Positions 1-8,890 of a stretch of 64,000 nucleotides of DNA are shown here, in pieces; position 1 is the first letter of the stretch; the number at the start of each line of letters is the position of its first letter. The DNA comes from an uncultured Dehalococcoidia bacterium (lineage in GTDB: Bacteria; Chloroflexota; Dehalococcoidia; Lucifugimonadales; GCA-2712585), in contig CAZPLA010000007.1 in assembly GCA_964587385.1 (NCBI GenBank), positions 2,916-66,915 on the forward strand, given 5' to 3'. The translations under genes and the position numbers were made by a program. The notes below the pieces were generated by a model. The model searched no databases, had not been told where the DNA came from, and saw only the letters and a program-made list of their open reading frames with translations.

Positions 1-2
1 TG

Positions 3-164
3 CAGAATCTACAAAGGATGCTTGATCAGAATCAGGGAACAAATGCAGAGGATCAAGTCCATCGCGCCAAGGCTAGGCATGATATCATTCACTTTCTTGA
101 ACGTCCTACGGATTGGACTCTCGAGATCACAGGAACCACTCCACCTCCAGGTGCCCCTGTGTAA
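3..164 (+). CDS. 3' end of an unidentified CDS entering from upstream of the window
   Basis: Open frame from the window edge to TAA at 162-164 (...ERPTDWTLEITGTTPPPGAPV*). The fragment is too short to assign a family. Confidence 0.3.
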   Translation, partial: QNLQRMLDQNQGTNAEDQVHRAKARHDIIHFLERPTDWTLEITGTTPPPGAPV

Positions 165-420
165 GGTTTTCTTCTAATTTACATTAACTATATGTTAGCT
201 TCGAATAACTGGTAGTAACTATGCCTATTGCGGTACTAATGTTCTGGCAAACACTTGCCAAATCAACGCATATTTTGAAGTAAATGGTAATATAAACTTG
301 CCATGTTAATCGACGGCCATTGTGACGAGTGTTAGTAGTGATATGTTTTGGTTTCCATATCGCTTTACTGGAGGACTGGTTATTATTATCCTAAGCGCTA
401 CTGTTATCTGTATAAATAGT

Positions 421-1128
421 ATGGGGATTTTACGGATGTCTTTGAAAACGCATTTATTATTAAATAGCAGCTTATTAATTTTGGGTTCTGTGATCTTTCT
501 GACCTCTTGCGGCCCTACAGAAGTTTCAGTTGATGTAGAGGAAGTAAATGTGGAAGCTGAACTGAACACCTCGATCACTATGCCGGAATCCAGTCAGTTG
601 ACCGCTCCACAAGGCGGTTTAGCTACTCCATTTGCAATACCGACGCCGATCGGCTTAGAAGGCATGACCGAAGCGTTGGAGAGTGTTTCGGTTGTTTCGG
701 AGCAACTGCAAGACACTGCAGAACAATTTGGTGCAATACTGGGCTCTTTGAATGATCCGACGCCATTGCCAAAAATTCAGCCCGATTATCCGCACGGTGT
801 AATTGGACTTAATGATCTGCTGTTAATAGGATTTATTGTCAGTGAGGAAACGACATCGAAGTGGAGCCATGCTGGCTTCAAAAATAGTTATATTGGAGTG
901 GTCAACTTTGGTGGGGTAGATCGGTCTTTCGAAGTGCTTATTTTTGATAGTGCTATAACCGATATGTCATTTGCCGCTGAGGTAACAGCTGATATGTTAC
1001 TCAAGAATGGTTATGGCCAGAGCATTGATTTTCATGAAAATATCTCTGTGAGTTGTAAGAATCAGGAGATTTGTCAGGATTTGTTCAACTCGTTAGATGA
1101 GAAACGTAGATTTTTGCAGGGTCAATAA
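421..1128 (+). CDS. Putative lipoprotein of unknown function
   Basis: The ORF track gives 322..1128. Internal ATGs at 421 and 436 precede a lipoprotein signal (MSLKTHLLLNSSLLILGSVIFLTSC, lipobox LTSC). No recognisable family downstream. Confidence 0.6.
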   Translation: MGILRMSLKTHLLLNSSLLILGSVIFLTSCGPTEVSVDVEEVNVEAELNTSITMPESSQLTAPQGGLATPFAIPTPIGLEGMTEALESVSVVSEQLQDTAEQFGAILGSLNDPTPLPKIQPDYPHGVIGLNDLLLIGFIVSEETTSKWSHAGFKNSYIGVVNFGGVDRSFEVLIFDSAITDMSFAAEVTADMLLKNGYGQSIDFHENISVSCKNQEICQDLFNSLDEKRRFLQGQ

Positions 1129-1279
1129 AAAATCAATGGAGATGAGAAGACCGAGCGAAATCTGGCACTCGAACCCACTGACCTAATTATTGCAAAACCA
1201 GTCACCATTGTTCGAGTATCTAAGTCTTTGCAACGGATCAGACGTTTATAGTTTCCGAGACGGCGATTAAGAGTTTAAG

Positions 1280-1313
1280 AAGGACCAGGCTGATGTAACC
1301 CAGCCTGGTCCTT
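1280..1313. terminator. Perfect 13-bp hairpin between convergent genes, a candidate bidirectional terminator
   Basis: aaggaccaggctg (1280-1292) pairs with cagcctggtcctt (1301-1313) around an 8-nt loop. It lies between the stop of the + strand lipoprotein gene and the stop of the - strand permease gene. The flanking T-tracts are weak. Confidence 0.5.
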
Positions 1314-1323
1314 ATAATTACAA

Positions 1324-2625
1324 TTATCTAAGGAAGAAAAACAGGACTGACACAATCGCAATTCCTATTGACCCTAGGTTTAGAGCATCTGTTTTACCGC
1401 TCAGAGCCTTGATGAGAACATAGGCGATAAAGCCGATAGCGATTCCATACGCGATGGAATAGGTCAATGGCATGACTATTGCGGCAAGCACCGCTGGTGC
1501 ATATTCTGATACGTCACTCCAATCTATATCCTTGATATTACGTAGGAAAAAAGTGGCTATAAAAACCAGAGCAGGGGCGGTTGCATAAGCTGGCACGGAT
1601 TGTGCTAATGGTGCAAATACAAGACAAGCTGCGAATAGTGCTGCTACCGTCACAGCTGTCAATCCCGTGCGACCTCCCTCCTTCACTCCGGCACCACTTT
1701 CTATATAGGAGGTAGTATTAGATGTTCCTACCAATGCTCCAACAACTGTTGCGGAAGAATCAGCAAGTAATGCTCGGTCAATATCCTCAACCTCGCCATC
1801 TTCACTGGTCCTGCCTGTAAGATTAGCTACAGAAGTTAGTGTTCCTGCTGTATCAAGAAAGTCCACGAACAAGAATGCAAAGGCTATCCCAATAAAGCCT
1901 CCAGTAGCTAGCACAGAGAAATCCAGCTGAAAGGCATGTTCTGGACTAGGCACAGAGCCTACCACACCGCTTAACTCAGCTCCACCTGCGCCGAATATCC
2001 AGCCAATAACTGCGACGCCCAGAATTCCTATAATTATAGATCCTGGTATGCCACGATTGTCTAGAACAGCCATGACAAGGAACCCAAGTCCGAATAGAAG
2101 AACGGGCCACGAGCTAACATCCCCAAGTCCTACCAATGTTGCTGGATTGTCGATTACCACACCGGCGGTCTTGAACCCGATAATAGCCAGAAATAGCCCG
2201 ATGCCTGCGCCTACACCTAACTTCATACTTTTTGGTATGGAGTTGATGATATATTTGCGAGCTGGAGTAACCGATAGTATTATGAAAACAATACCGGCAA
2301 CCAGTACAGCTGCTAACGCCTGCTGGTAGGTGTAGCCATCACCGAGGATAACGGTGTAGGTGAAATAGGCGTTAAGGCCCATGCCAGGAGCTAGTGCAAC
2401 TGGCCAGTTTGCCCAAAGACCCATTATTAATGTACCAACTACTGCTGCAATGATTGTCGCCGTAAAGACGGCACCGAATTCCATTCCAGTTGCCCCGTCT
2501 GCGCTGAGAGTGGCCGGATTGACAACTGTTATGTACGCCATGGTAAGAAAAGTTGCCAGACCAGCAAGAAGCTCAGTGCGGACGGTTGTACCCGCCTTGT
2601 TCAAACGAAAAAGAGTTTCTAACAT
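1324..2625 (-). CDS. NCS2/AzgA-family purine (adenine/guanine/hypoxanthine) permease
   Basis: The N-terminus MLETLFRLNKAGTTVRTELLAGLATFLTMAYI is typical of PbuG/AzgA-type permeases. The 433-aa protein is polytopic. An SD GGGGG sits 5 nt upstream of the ATG. Confidence 0.9.
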   Translation of the reverse strand: MLETLFRLNKAGTTVRTELLAGLATFLTMAYITVVNPATLSADGATGMEFGAVFTATIIAAVVGTLIMGLWANWPVALAPGMGLNAYFTYTVILGDGYTYQQALAAVLVAGIVFIILSVTPARKYIINSIPKSMKLGVGAGIGLFLAIIGFKTAGVVIDNPATLVGLGDVSSWPVLLFGLGFLVMAVLDNRGIPGSIIIGILGVAVIGWIFGAGGAELSGVVGSVPSPEHAFQLDFSVLATGGFIGIAFAFLFVDFLDTAGTLTSVANLTGRTSEDGEVEDIDRALLADSSATVVGALVGTSNTTSYIESGAGVKEGGRTGLTAVTVAALFAACLVFAPLAQSVPAYATAPALVFIATFFLRNIKDIDWSDVSEYAPAVLAAIVMPLTYSIAYGIAIGFIAYVLIKALSGKTDALNLGSIGIAIVSVLFFFLR

Positions 2626-2828
2626 TATTTCCCCCTTACATTTTACCCAATGCGTGGGTGAGTCAGCACGAACATATCACATACCCAAATAGGAGTCCAA
2701 TCTCTACTTATGTAAATCCGTCTTCCCAAACCCATTTTATGGTGCAATTCGGGATATTTATGGGTGTGACGTCATTTTTGAGAGAGTTTTATGAGAATTC
2801 TGGGCAGTTATTATTTCAACCTGATGGG
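2626..2828 (-). promoter_or_regulatory. 203-nt 5' leader of the purine permease with repeated complementary ACCCA/UGGGU segments (candidate cis-regulatory RNA)
   Basis: Read on the minus strand, the order is ACCCA (2765-2761), UGGGU-UUGGG (2734-2725), UGGGU (2687-2683), ACCCA (2659-2655), UGGGU (2649-2645), then the SD and AUG. Mutually exclusive helices are possible. It does not match the canonical purine riboswitch core. Confidence 0.35.
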
Positions 2829-3365
2829 TTATATAAGGGGAATCTGTAATTCATCTAACGCGTAGAGGGCTCGTAGGTGTCGATATTGCTGGTTGTAGTC
2901 CAAGCCGTATCCCACCAGGAACTCGTCTGGGACTTCGAACCCTATATAGTCAACAGTGACAGAGATACGTCTTCGGGCTGGCTTATCTAAGAAAGCACAT
3001 ATTTTTACCGAAGCTGCTCCCTGGTCCTCGAAGTATTCTCTTATAAACTGGGCAGTGAATCCTGAGTCCACGATATCTTCAACTACCAACACATTCTTGC
3101 CAACTACAGATGTTCGAACACCGTGGTGGAGACGCACTGTCCCTGAGGACTTCGTTGACTCATCGTAGCTGGATAGCCGAATAAAATCGACTTGGATTGG
3201 CAAATGCATATGGCGAATCAAGTCGGACAGGAAAATAAAGGAACCATTCAAAGCTCCAACCACCAGGAGAGGTTGATCTTTGTAGTCCTTTTCAATTAGT
3301 TGAGCGAGGCGCTCGACACATTCTTGGATTTGGGATTCGCTAATGATAAGTTTTAGAGTAGACAC
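2829..3365 (-). CDS. hpt: Hypoxanthine(-guanine) phosphoribosyltransferase
   Basis: PRPP-binding motif VLVVEDIVDSGFT. The 178-aa length and overall sequence are typical of Hpt. Confidence 0.92.
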   Translation of the reverse strand: MSTLKLIISESQIQECVERLAQLIEKDYKDQPLLVVGALNGSFIFLSDLIRHMHLPIQVDFIRLSSYDESTKSSGTVRLHHGVRTSVVGKNVLVVEDIVDSGFTAQFIREYFEDQGAASVKICAFLDKPARRRISVTVDYIGFEVPDEFLVGYGLDYNQQYRHLRALYALDELQIPLI

Positions 3366-3516
3366 CTAAGTTTGACCACCTCATCAATTAAAGTCATTGA
3401 ACCGTAGCACCAGTTACTATAGAGGTCAATGATTAATTTGTACTACTGGAGGTATTGCTATAAGTCTTTCTGGTGTTTTATGGTGGTTAGACAAGATAAA
3501 CCAGCATTAAGTAGGC

Positions 3517-3660
3517 ATGGATAAAGAAAGAAGATTAGATAATATCAGCGGTATAACGGTGATGGGGTGTGGTGGTTTTATAGTGTTCGGATTTCTCCTG
3601 TTTGTTTTTATTGTGGTTGCTCTGTCTGTATTCCTTACCCTGTGGCGTTTGTTAACCTAA
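3517..3660 (+). CDS. Possible 47-aa small membrane protein (below the ORF-track cutoff)
   Basis: ATG at 3517 to TAA at 3658-3660 gives MDKERRLDNISGITVMGCGGFIVFGFLLFVFIVVALSVFLTLWRLLT, with one clear TM segment. The SD is weak. Confidence 0.25.
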   Translation: MDKERRLDNISGITVMGCGGFIVFGFLLFVFIVVALSVFLTLWRLLT

Positions 3661-3689
3661 AACTATGAAAAAAATGTGGAGGTAGCTAT

Positions 3690-4277
3690 ATGTGGGAAAC
3701 GTTACGTGATAAGTCGAGAGATAAAATGGCTACGAGCCTAGAAGCTGCCGGTATACAGGCCGAAATGGTTGATCGGAATTTGGGAAGACCCGAGGAGAAG
3801 TTAAGGACGTCTCATCTGTTAGGAAAACATTCTTCTCTTGGGCTTATAGACATACTTACAGACAGTCCAATCAGTTGGATTAATGTAGTCAGAACAAAGA
3901 GAGCAGACAAACACGGTCCAGCACGATACCGAGTGGTTTTTGGAATACCTGATCAAAGTATCCCCATGAATTACAAACAACTGAAACTCAAGACGGTCAG
4001 AAAAAAAACGTTCCCACTCTTTGGGAAGGTTACCGACGTTTCCTGGAGAGGCGAAGCAAATACCTCACTGTTGGCAAAGACACTTTCCGAGGATGAGCAG
4101 ATAGACAGAGTAGTGGCAGACTTAGGGGATGTAACGATTTTTACCCATCCCAATGAATTCCAAGGATGGACGATAGAAACCACTAAACTTTTCTTTCCGC
4201 ATCCACCCTTTGTAACTATTGATCGATGGGAAGCCCTGCAAAAAATTGCTAATTATCTTCTTTCGTTACCGGTCTAG
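3690..4277 (+). CDS. Hypothetical protein (195 aa)
   Basis: ATG preceded by GGAGG (3679-3683) at 6-nt spacing. No family recognised. Confidence 0.6.
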   Translation: MWETLRDKSRDKMATSLEAAGIQAEMVDRNLGRPEEKLRTSHLLGKHSSLGLIDILTDSPISWINVVRTKRADKHGPARYRVVFGIPDQSIPMNYKQLKLKTVRKKTFPLFGKVTDVSWRGEANTSLLAKTLSEDEQIDRVVADLGDVTIFTHPNEFQGWTIETTKLFFPHPPFVTIDRWEALQKIANYLLSLPV

Positions 4278-4385
4278 ATTTGTTGTCAGGAGCATGGTTA
4301 CAGGATAAAAAGGATGATGTATTAATTTCTTTACAAGGTGTGTAAATAAAATTGGGTGATAACTACTTTAGGGAGGTTTAGCCCT

Positions 4386-4703
4386 ATGTCTAAAGTTCTT
4401 AGAATATTAAAATGGGTTGCAATAGTAATGGGATTAAGTTGCCTCTTGCTTGTTTTAATTGACCCGCAAGACGTTATAGAAACAACAGCAGGTGCGACGT
4501 TGGGCTGTTTCTTTCTACTGGTTGCTATCTTTTGTCAACTGGAAGAGCGCGGTAGGCTGGTGGAAAGGATCGAAAAACCTAGTGGAACAGCCAGTCCCAG
4601 GAGACAACGCATTGTAAGACAATTGGACCCTAGCCCTAGCCATAGCCCCTCTCAAATAGAGGATATTCTCAGGAACTCCGATGAACTAGGAGATATTTCT
4701 TGA
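4386..4703 (+). CDS. Hypothetical small membrane protein
   Basis: ATG at 4386 (MSKVLRILKWVAIVMGLSCLLLVL...) lies 9 nt after the SD GGGAGG. An upstream -10-like box aggtgtgtaaata sits at 4336-4348. The ORF track starts at 4356. Confidence 0.55.
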   Translation: MSKVLRILKWVAIVMGLSCLLLVLIDPQDVIETTAGATLGCFFLLVAIFCQLEERGRLVERIEKPSGTASPRRQRIVRQLDPSPSHSPSQIEDILRNSDELGDIS

Positions 4704-4853
4704 AACATTGTAGCGGGTAATTAGCGATACCTTGTCATCTCTACTAAGCAATACCTTAAATAAATTATTGGCAGGCAACCCTGTATTGTTATACAGGATG
4801 GGTATATAAATTCCAGATTGGGAAAGAGTTCCTATTTGATAATTTGTGGAAAT

Positions 4854-5357
4854 TTAGCTTGCGGGGGGTATAGATAGACCTTCTATGACTTCAGCACTTG
4901 ACATGTTAAGCAATGCTGATGGGGCGATCTTAATTTTTCCAGATCTGCTTCCTCCGCCTAGTATTATGTAATCCTTACTCATTATTGCGGCATCTATATA
5001 TATAGGTAATGATTTTGGGAGACCAAATGGTGTAACCCCGCCAATCATCATTCCTGTCAAATGCATTGTTTCATCCGCGTTAGCAAATGAAAGCCTTGAA
5101 ACACCCATAAGGTTTCTCACCGTTTTGTTTACATCTAGCCTGTCCGTACCTAGCACAATACAAGCTGAATATTTCTTTTCCCCTCTTTTGGAAGCTAGGA
5201 TTATAGTGTTGCCAGATTTGTCCAGCCCAAAGCCGTACTTTTTGCAGAATGAAGCTGTATCGGCGAAATCCGGGTCAACTTCAATCCATTCGTATTCTAT
5301 ATCCAGGTTATCCAGAGTTGACTTCACAGTACTCTCGATGAATGCAGTTGAATTCAT
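4854..5357 (-). CDS. YbaK/EbsC-like aminoacyl-tRNA editing (deacylase) domain protein
   Basis: 167 aa. The pattern ...KNLMGVSRLSFANADETMHLTGMMIGGVTPFGLP... is typical of the YbaK/ProX fold. Confidence 0.8.
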   Translation of the reverse strand: MNSTAFIESTVKSTLDNLDIEYEWIEVDPDFADTASFCKKYGFGLDKSGNTIILASKRGEKKYSACIVLGTDRLDVNKTVRNLMGVSRLSFANADETMHLTGMMIGGVTPFGLPKSLPIYIDAAIMSKDYIILGGGSRSGKIKIAPSALLNMSSAEVIEGLSIPPAS

Positions 5358-5480
5358 TTTATTGGCTCCTATTGCGTTAGTTTCCTATTGAGGTCAGATT
5401 TTGTCAAAGGAATCAGCACAAAAACTGATTGTTTTTTTAAATAAAGTCGATTAAGGTGTATAAATAATATCGGTTCAGGG

Positions 5481-5486
5481 TATAAT
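5481..5486 (+). promoter_or_regulatory. -10 box TATAAT placed 6 nt before the ATG at 5493 (candidate leaderless promoter)
   Basis: The sequence reads tataat-ccattt-ATG with no SD in the gap. A second aggtgtataaata box lies at 5455-5467. Confidence 0.4.
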
Positions 5487-5492
5487 CCATTT

Positions 5493-6047
5493 ATGACAAG
5501 ATATGTTTCAATAGCGCTAGCACTTATGATGACTATGATGATGGCTTGCGGATCATCCGAAGAGCCTCTTGTTGTACAGACAATGTCTCAGGAACGCGCA
5601 GATCAAATAGAACAAGCAGAACATTCTGCAGGGTTTTATAACAAGGAAGAAGTTGAAGAGGAATCCAGAGAGGTAATAGAAGAGCGTAGCGAGACGTGTA
5701 TTGAAGATACGACAGCGATTATAGACTCCACTGACGGCATTACGGATGATGAAAAAGGCTTAGCTTATTCAGAACGAGCTCAATGCCTTTTTGACCTTGA
5801 TAATTTCAGCAAGGAAGCTCTTCAAGATTGGGTTTCTGCAACTGAACTATTAGAGGACAATATAGATAAGGCCGAAGGTTATGCGAATGCGGCAAAGCAA
5901 ATGCATATGTTGTTTTTAAAGGCCATGAAAACTGATTGGGCAGCCCAAGCGGATAGGAATCGATATGCGGAACTGGCTTGCGAACATGATGAAGATCAGT
6001 GTGAATTTTATTGGACTGACAACACATTAGATAGATATCGCTGGTAA
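5493..6047 (+). CDS. Acidic putative lipoprotein of unknown function
   Basis: Signal MTRYVSIALALMMTMMMACGSS with Cys in a lipobox-like context. The mature part is rich in Glu and Asp. Confidence 0.65.
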   Translation: MTRYVSIALALMMTMMMACGSSEEPLVVQTMSQERADQIEQAEHSAGFYNKEEVEEESREVIEERSETCIEDTTAIIDSTDGITDDEKGLAYSERAQCLFDLDNFSKEALQDWVSATELLEDNIDKAEGYANAAKQMHMLFLKAMKTDWAAQADRNRYAELACEHDEDQCEFYWTDNTLDRYRW

Positions 6048-6097
6048 CCTCTATCTGCTTGAAGTAATCAAAATCATTTAACCTGTTTCGGGTTTGG

Positions 6098-6604
6098 TTG
6101 TTAGTAAGTCGAAGTATTTTTATTACCTTACTTAGTGATCATTGTTACAGTTTTGGAGGGAATTCAACTATCGAACATCAAAAGTTTATGACAATAGCTT
6201 TGGAAGAAGCTAAAAAGGGAAAAGACAAGGGGAATGCTGCCATCGGGTCTGTGATCGTATGCGACGATCAGGTTATAGGTAAAGGGCACAATATAGTGAC
6301 CACAGATGGTGATATTACTATGCATGCTGAGATAGCTGCTTTAAGAAACGCCAGTTTGATATCAGGGATGTCAGACTTTACGGGATGCATCCTTTATACC
6401 ACCATGGAGCCTTGTATGATGTGTGCGGGTGCTATCGTTGTATCAGGTGTGACAACATTAGTGATGGGAGGCAACTATGCTTTCAGCACGGGATCATATG
6501 GTGATTACCAGGTTGATAAGGCGTTTTTGTTAGTAGAAAGGAATAATATTACGGTGATTAGAGGGGTAATGGTTAAAGAGTGTGAAGATATAGTGCGCTT
6601 CTAG
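6098..6604 (+). CDS. CMP/dCMP-type zinc deaminase (TadA/guanine-deaminase-like)
   Basis: Motifs HAEIAALRN and PCMMCAGAI are present. The N-terminus is uncertain: TTG at 6098 per the ORF track, an ATG at 6188, and a GGAGGG at 6155-6160 suggesting a start near 6170. Confidence 0.8.
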   Translation: MLVSRSIFITLLSDHCYSFGGNSTIEHQKFMTIALEEAKKGKDKGNAAIGSVIVCDDQVIGKGHNIVTTDGDITMHAEIAALRNASLISGMSDFTGCILYTTMEPCMMCAGAIVVSGVTTLVMGGNYAFSTGSYGDYQVDKAFLLVERNNITVIRGVMVKECEDIVRF

Positions 6605-6616
6605 TAATGTTTGATT

Positions 6617-6889
6617 TCATTTGGTGCTTCGGCTGTTCTTTTTAGAAAGCCACCAAACTATCGGTATCCAGATTGAAGCTCCGATTATAATTGATAGCCA
6701 CGGCCCAATAGCTTCATAAAGTAACCGGCTTCCGTAAACAAAAAATCCAACTATAAGAATAAATAAAACGTCTCTGCTTCTATGAGCTCGTGACTTATCC
6801 CGATGATCCTTTGTGCGGATATGGAGATTGGATAACCCAAATGCGACAGCATAAAGGAAGAGTGCACTTAACAGTCCGCTGAAATCCAT
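6617..6889 (-). CDS. Small membrane protein (3 predicted TM segments)
   Basis: 90-aa hydrophobic ORF with no recognised family. Confidence 0.5.
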   Translation of the reverse strand: MDFSGLLSALFLYAVAFGLSNLHIRTKDHRDKSRAHRSRDVLFILIVGFFVYGSRLLYEAIGPWLSIIIGASIWIPIVWWLSKKNSRSTK

Positions 6890-6927
6890 GTTAAGTGTAA
6901 ACAGGCCTTTTATCTAACAGCATGGCA

Positions 6928-7137
6928 TTAGTTAGTGAACAAATCTAGAATATTACCTACTCCGGAACCATCTAACCTATAAAGTTCTGTAAAGCCACAC
7001 GATTCACACGCTACTGTTGCATATTTCTGATTTTGTATGTTCAGAAAACGAGACAACCCAGAACCAGTGGTTCGTAATTGCCCAGTCTTAAAGGTGGTTC
7101 CTAAGCATTTGGAACAAGAAAATGGTCCTCTAGTCAC
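6928..7137 (-). CDS. Zinc-ribbon protein (DUF2082/Zn_ribbon_13-like)
   Basis: CSKC...CESCGFTELY with the ...TGSGLSRFLNIQNQKY... pattern. GTG start 7 nt after the SD GAGGTG. Confidence 0.7.
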   Translation of the reverse strand: MTRGPFSCSKCLGTTFKTGQLRTTGSGLSRFLNIQNQKYATVACESCGFTELYRLDGSGVGNILDLFTN

Positions 7138-7212
7138 AAGAACACCTCGTAATATTAGAATAGTACGATTCTACCAAAATAATAGGGGTATATTCGACTA
7201 TTTGCATTAGGA

Positions 7213-8433
7213 TTAAATATCCCTATTGCTACGTTCGGTTATATAATTGGACTGAGGTATTCTAGTAATGGCGTTTAACGTCACTATGCTGGACCCAGAG
7301 ATTATGGCTGTGGTGACTCCCCATAATGTTGCTATAGATCCCATTATTAAGCCGCCTAAGCCTATTCCACTCATCAATACACTATGCAACCCCATTAGAC
7401 GACCACGCATTTCTTTAGGAGATATTTTTTGAATTAGTGTTCCGGATAGAATCATAAACGTAGTACCACATAAACCCGACAATGTAATTAGGAAGAGCGA
7501 AATGTAAACATTTCTTGAGAGAGCAAATAGAATCATGAAGAAACCTGAGGCTATAGAAGCAACAAAAAATAACCGACCAACGTTTTTAACATCGCCCATT
7601 CCAGACATTATGAGTCCTCCTGCTACTCCACCGCATCCTTGAAGAGTGGATATGAGTCCTAACACAATTGGTCCTGCCTCCAAATTGTCTCTAGTGATTA
7701 CGGGAAACATCGTCCATGTTGAGAAGCCTAGACTTTGTGTAATGAAAAATGTCCATAATATTGCTCTTATGGCTCTGTCACGAATTGCGAAGGATAGTCC
7801 TTCCTTGAGACTGGCTATGACTGATTGGGCAGGTGGCAAGGTAGGTGGCAAACTGGAAACCCTAAAAATTAATAGGACACTTATTAAGAAGGCGAGGCCC
7901 ACCAAAAGAAATAGTGTCCCTACTCCAAATGAACTCATAATAATGCCACCAAGCAAAGGACCCAATATTGAGGCTACCTGGAATGACATCATTTGCCCTG
8001 CGGCGGCATTAATCAAAGCATTTCGTCCAACCAAGTCAAACATTAGTGTGCTTCTAGCAGGGTTTTGGAATCCCCGGGAAATTCCATCAACAACAGCCGC
8101 AATCAAAATGTGCCAAACTTCTATAAGATCAAAAATGGTTAATATACCCAATGAAAAAGCGGTTAAAGTTATAGTGCTTTGAGCAAATATAAGTATGGTG
8201 CGTCTATTTAATCGATCTGAAAGCACTCCACCCCAAGGACTCGAGAACATCATAGCGGCGCTTCCTAATGCGGGTGCAAGTCCTACAATTAGAGGAGAGT
8301 TTGTTATTGAAAGGAGAAGCCATCCTTGGGCCATCATCATTGGAATGAAGCCTGTAGCACTAGCAAAACTACTTGCCCACAGCCAACGATATGCGGGTAT
8401 TTGAAAAACTAGTAAAAGCCGATTTTTGTTCAA
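7213..8433 (-). CDS. MFS transporter
   Basis: 406 aa with about 12 TM segments. N-terminal FQIPAYRWLWASSFASATG and GGVLSDRLNRR (MFS motif A-like). TTG start. Confidence 0.85.
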   Translation of the reverse strand: MNKNRLLLVFQIPAYRWLWASSFASATGFIPMMMAQGWLLLSITNSPLIVGLAPALGSAAMMFSSPWGGVLSDRLNRRTILIFAQSTITLTAFSLGILTIFDLIEVWHILIAAVVDGISRGFQNPARSTLMFDLVGRNALINAAAGQMMSFQVASILGPLLGGIIMSSFGVGTLFLLVGLAFLISVLLIFRVSSLPPTLPPAQSVIASLKEGLSFAIRDRAIRAILWTFFITQSLGFSTWTMFPVITRDNLEAGPIVLGLISTLQGCGGVAGGLIMSGMGDVKNVGRLFFVASIASGFFMILFALSRNVYISLFLITLSGLCGTTFMILSGTLIQKISPKEMRGRLMGLHSVLMSGIGLGGLIMGSIATLWGVTTAIISGSSIVTLNAITRIPQSNYITERSNRDI

Positions 8434-8659
8434 ATGTTTTTTGAAGCTGTGTTGGATGCTCGAGATATTAAGGATTAGTTAGAAGATTATTATAATATGA
8501 GCACTATATTAGCACACTGGACATACATGTAGATTTACTTCATGTTCATTTAAACTCAAGGTGGTTTATCTGGCAACTTTTTATCACTTAAAGTATTATG
8601 TGTTCAAAACACTCGGTGACTTGTACCGATAACAGTTAATTAAAGACTAGGATTTATAA

Positions 8660-8869
8660 GTGGAGGGTTTGGAGTTGAAATATTCTGAAATGGATAGCAT
8701 AGAGGCTGGATTAAAATTTAAGACCATTGGTGGAGTCATTGTCGAAACTACAGGGTCAACGCAGAATATAGATGTTAGAGAGGTCTTCGTCCATGAGGTA
8801 TCTGTGATAGAGGGGCCGGGACAGGATTACAAATACTTCCATAATCTTGACAGTGCTGAAAGGCTTTAA
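8660..8869 (+). CDS. Hypothetical small protein
   Basis: 69-aa ORF. GGAGGG at 8662-8667 suggests a TTG start at 8669 or 8675 instead. No family recognised. Confidence 0.35.
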   Translation: MEGLELKYSEMDSIEAGLKFKTIGGVIVETTGSTQNIDVREVFVHEVSVIEGPGQDYKYFHNLDSAERL

Positions 8870-8890
8870 TTTATTCCGGGCTTGGTATTT

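Noticed and set aside
2626-2828. Canonical guanine/adenine riboswitch (RF00167) upstream of the purine permease
   Set aside because: I could not find the conserved J1/2, L2, J2/3 and L3 sequences on the transcribed strand, and the spacing of the candidate helices does not fit the 70-nt three-way junction. It is kept only as an unclassified structured leader.
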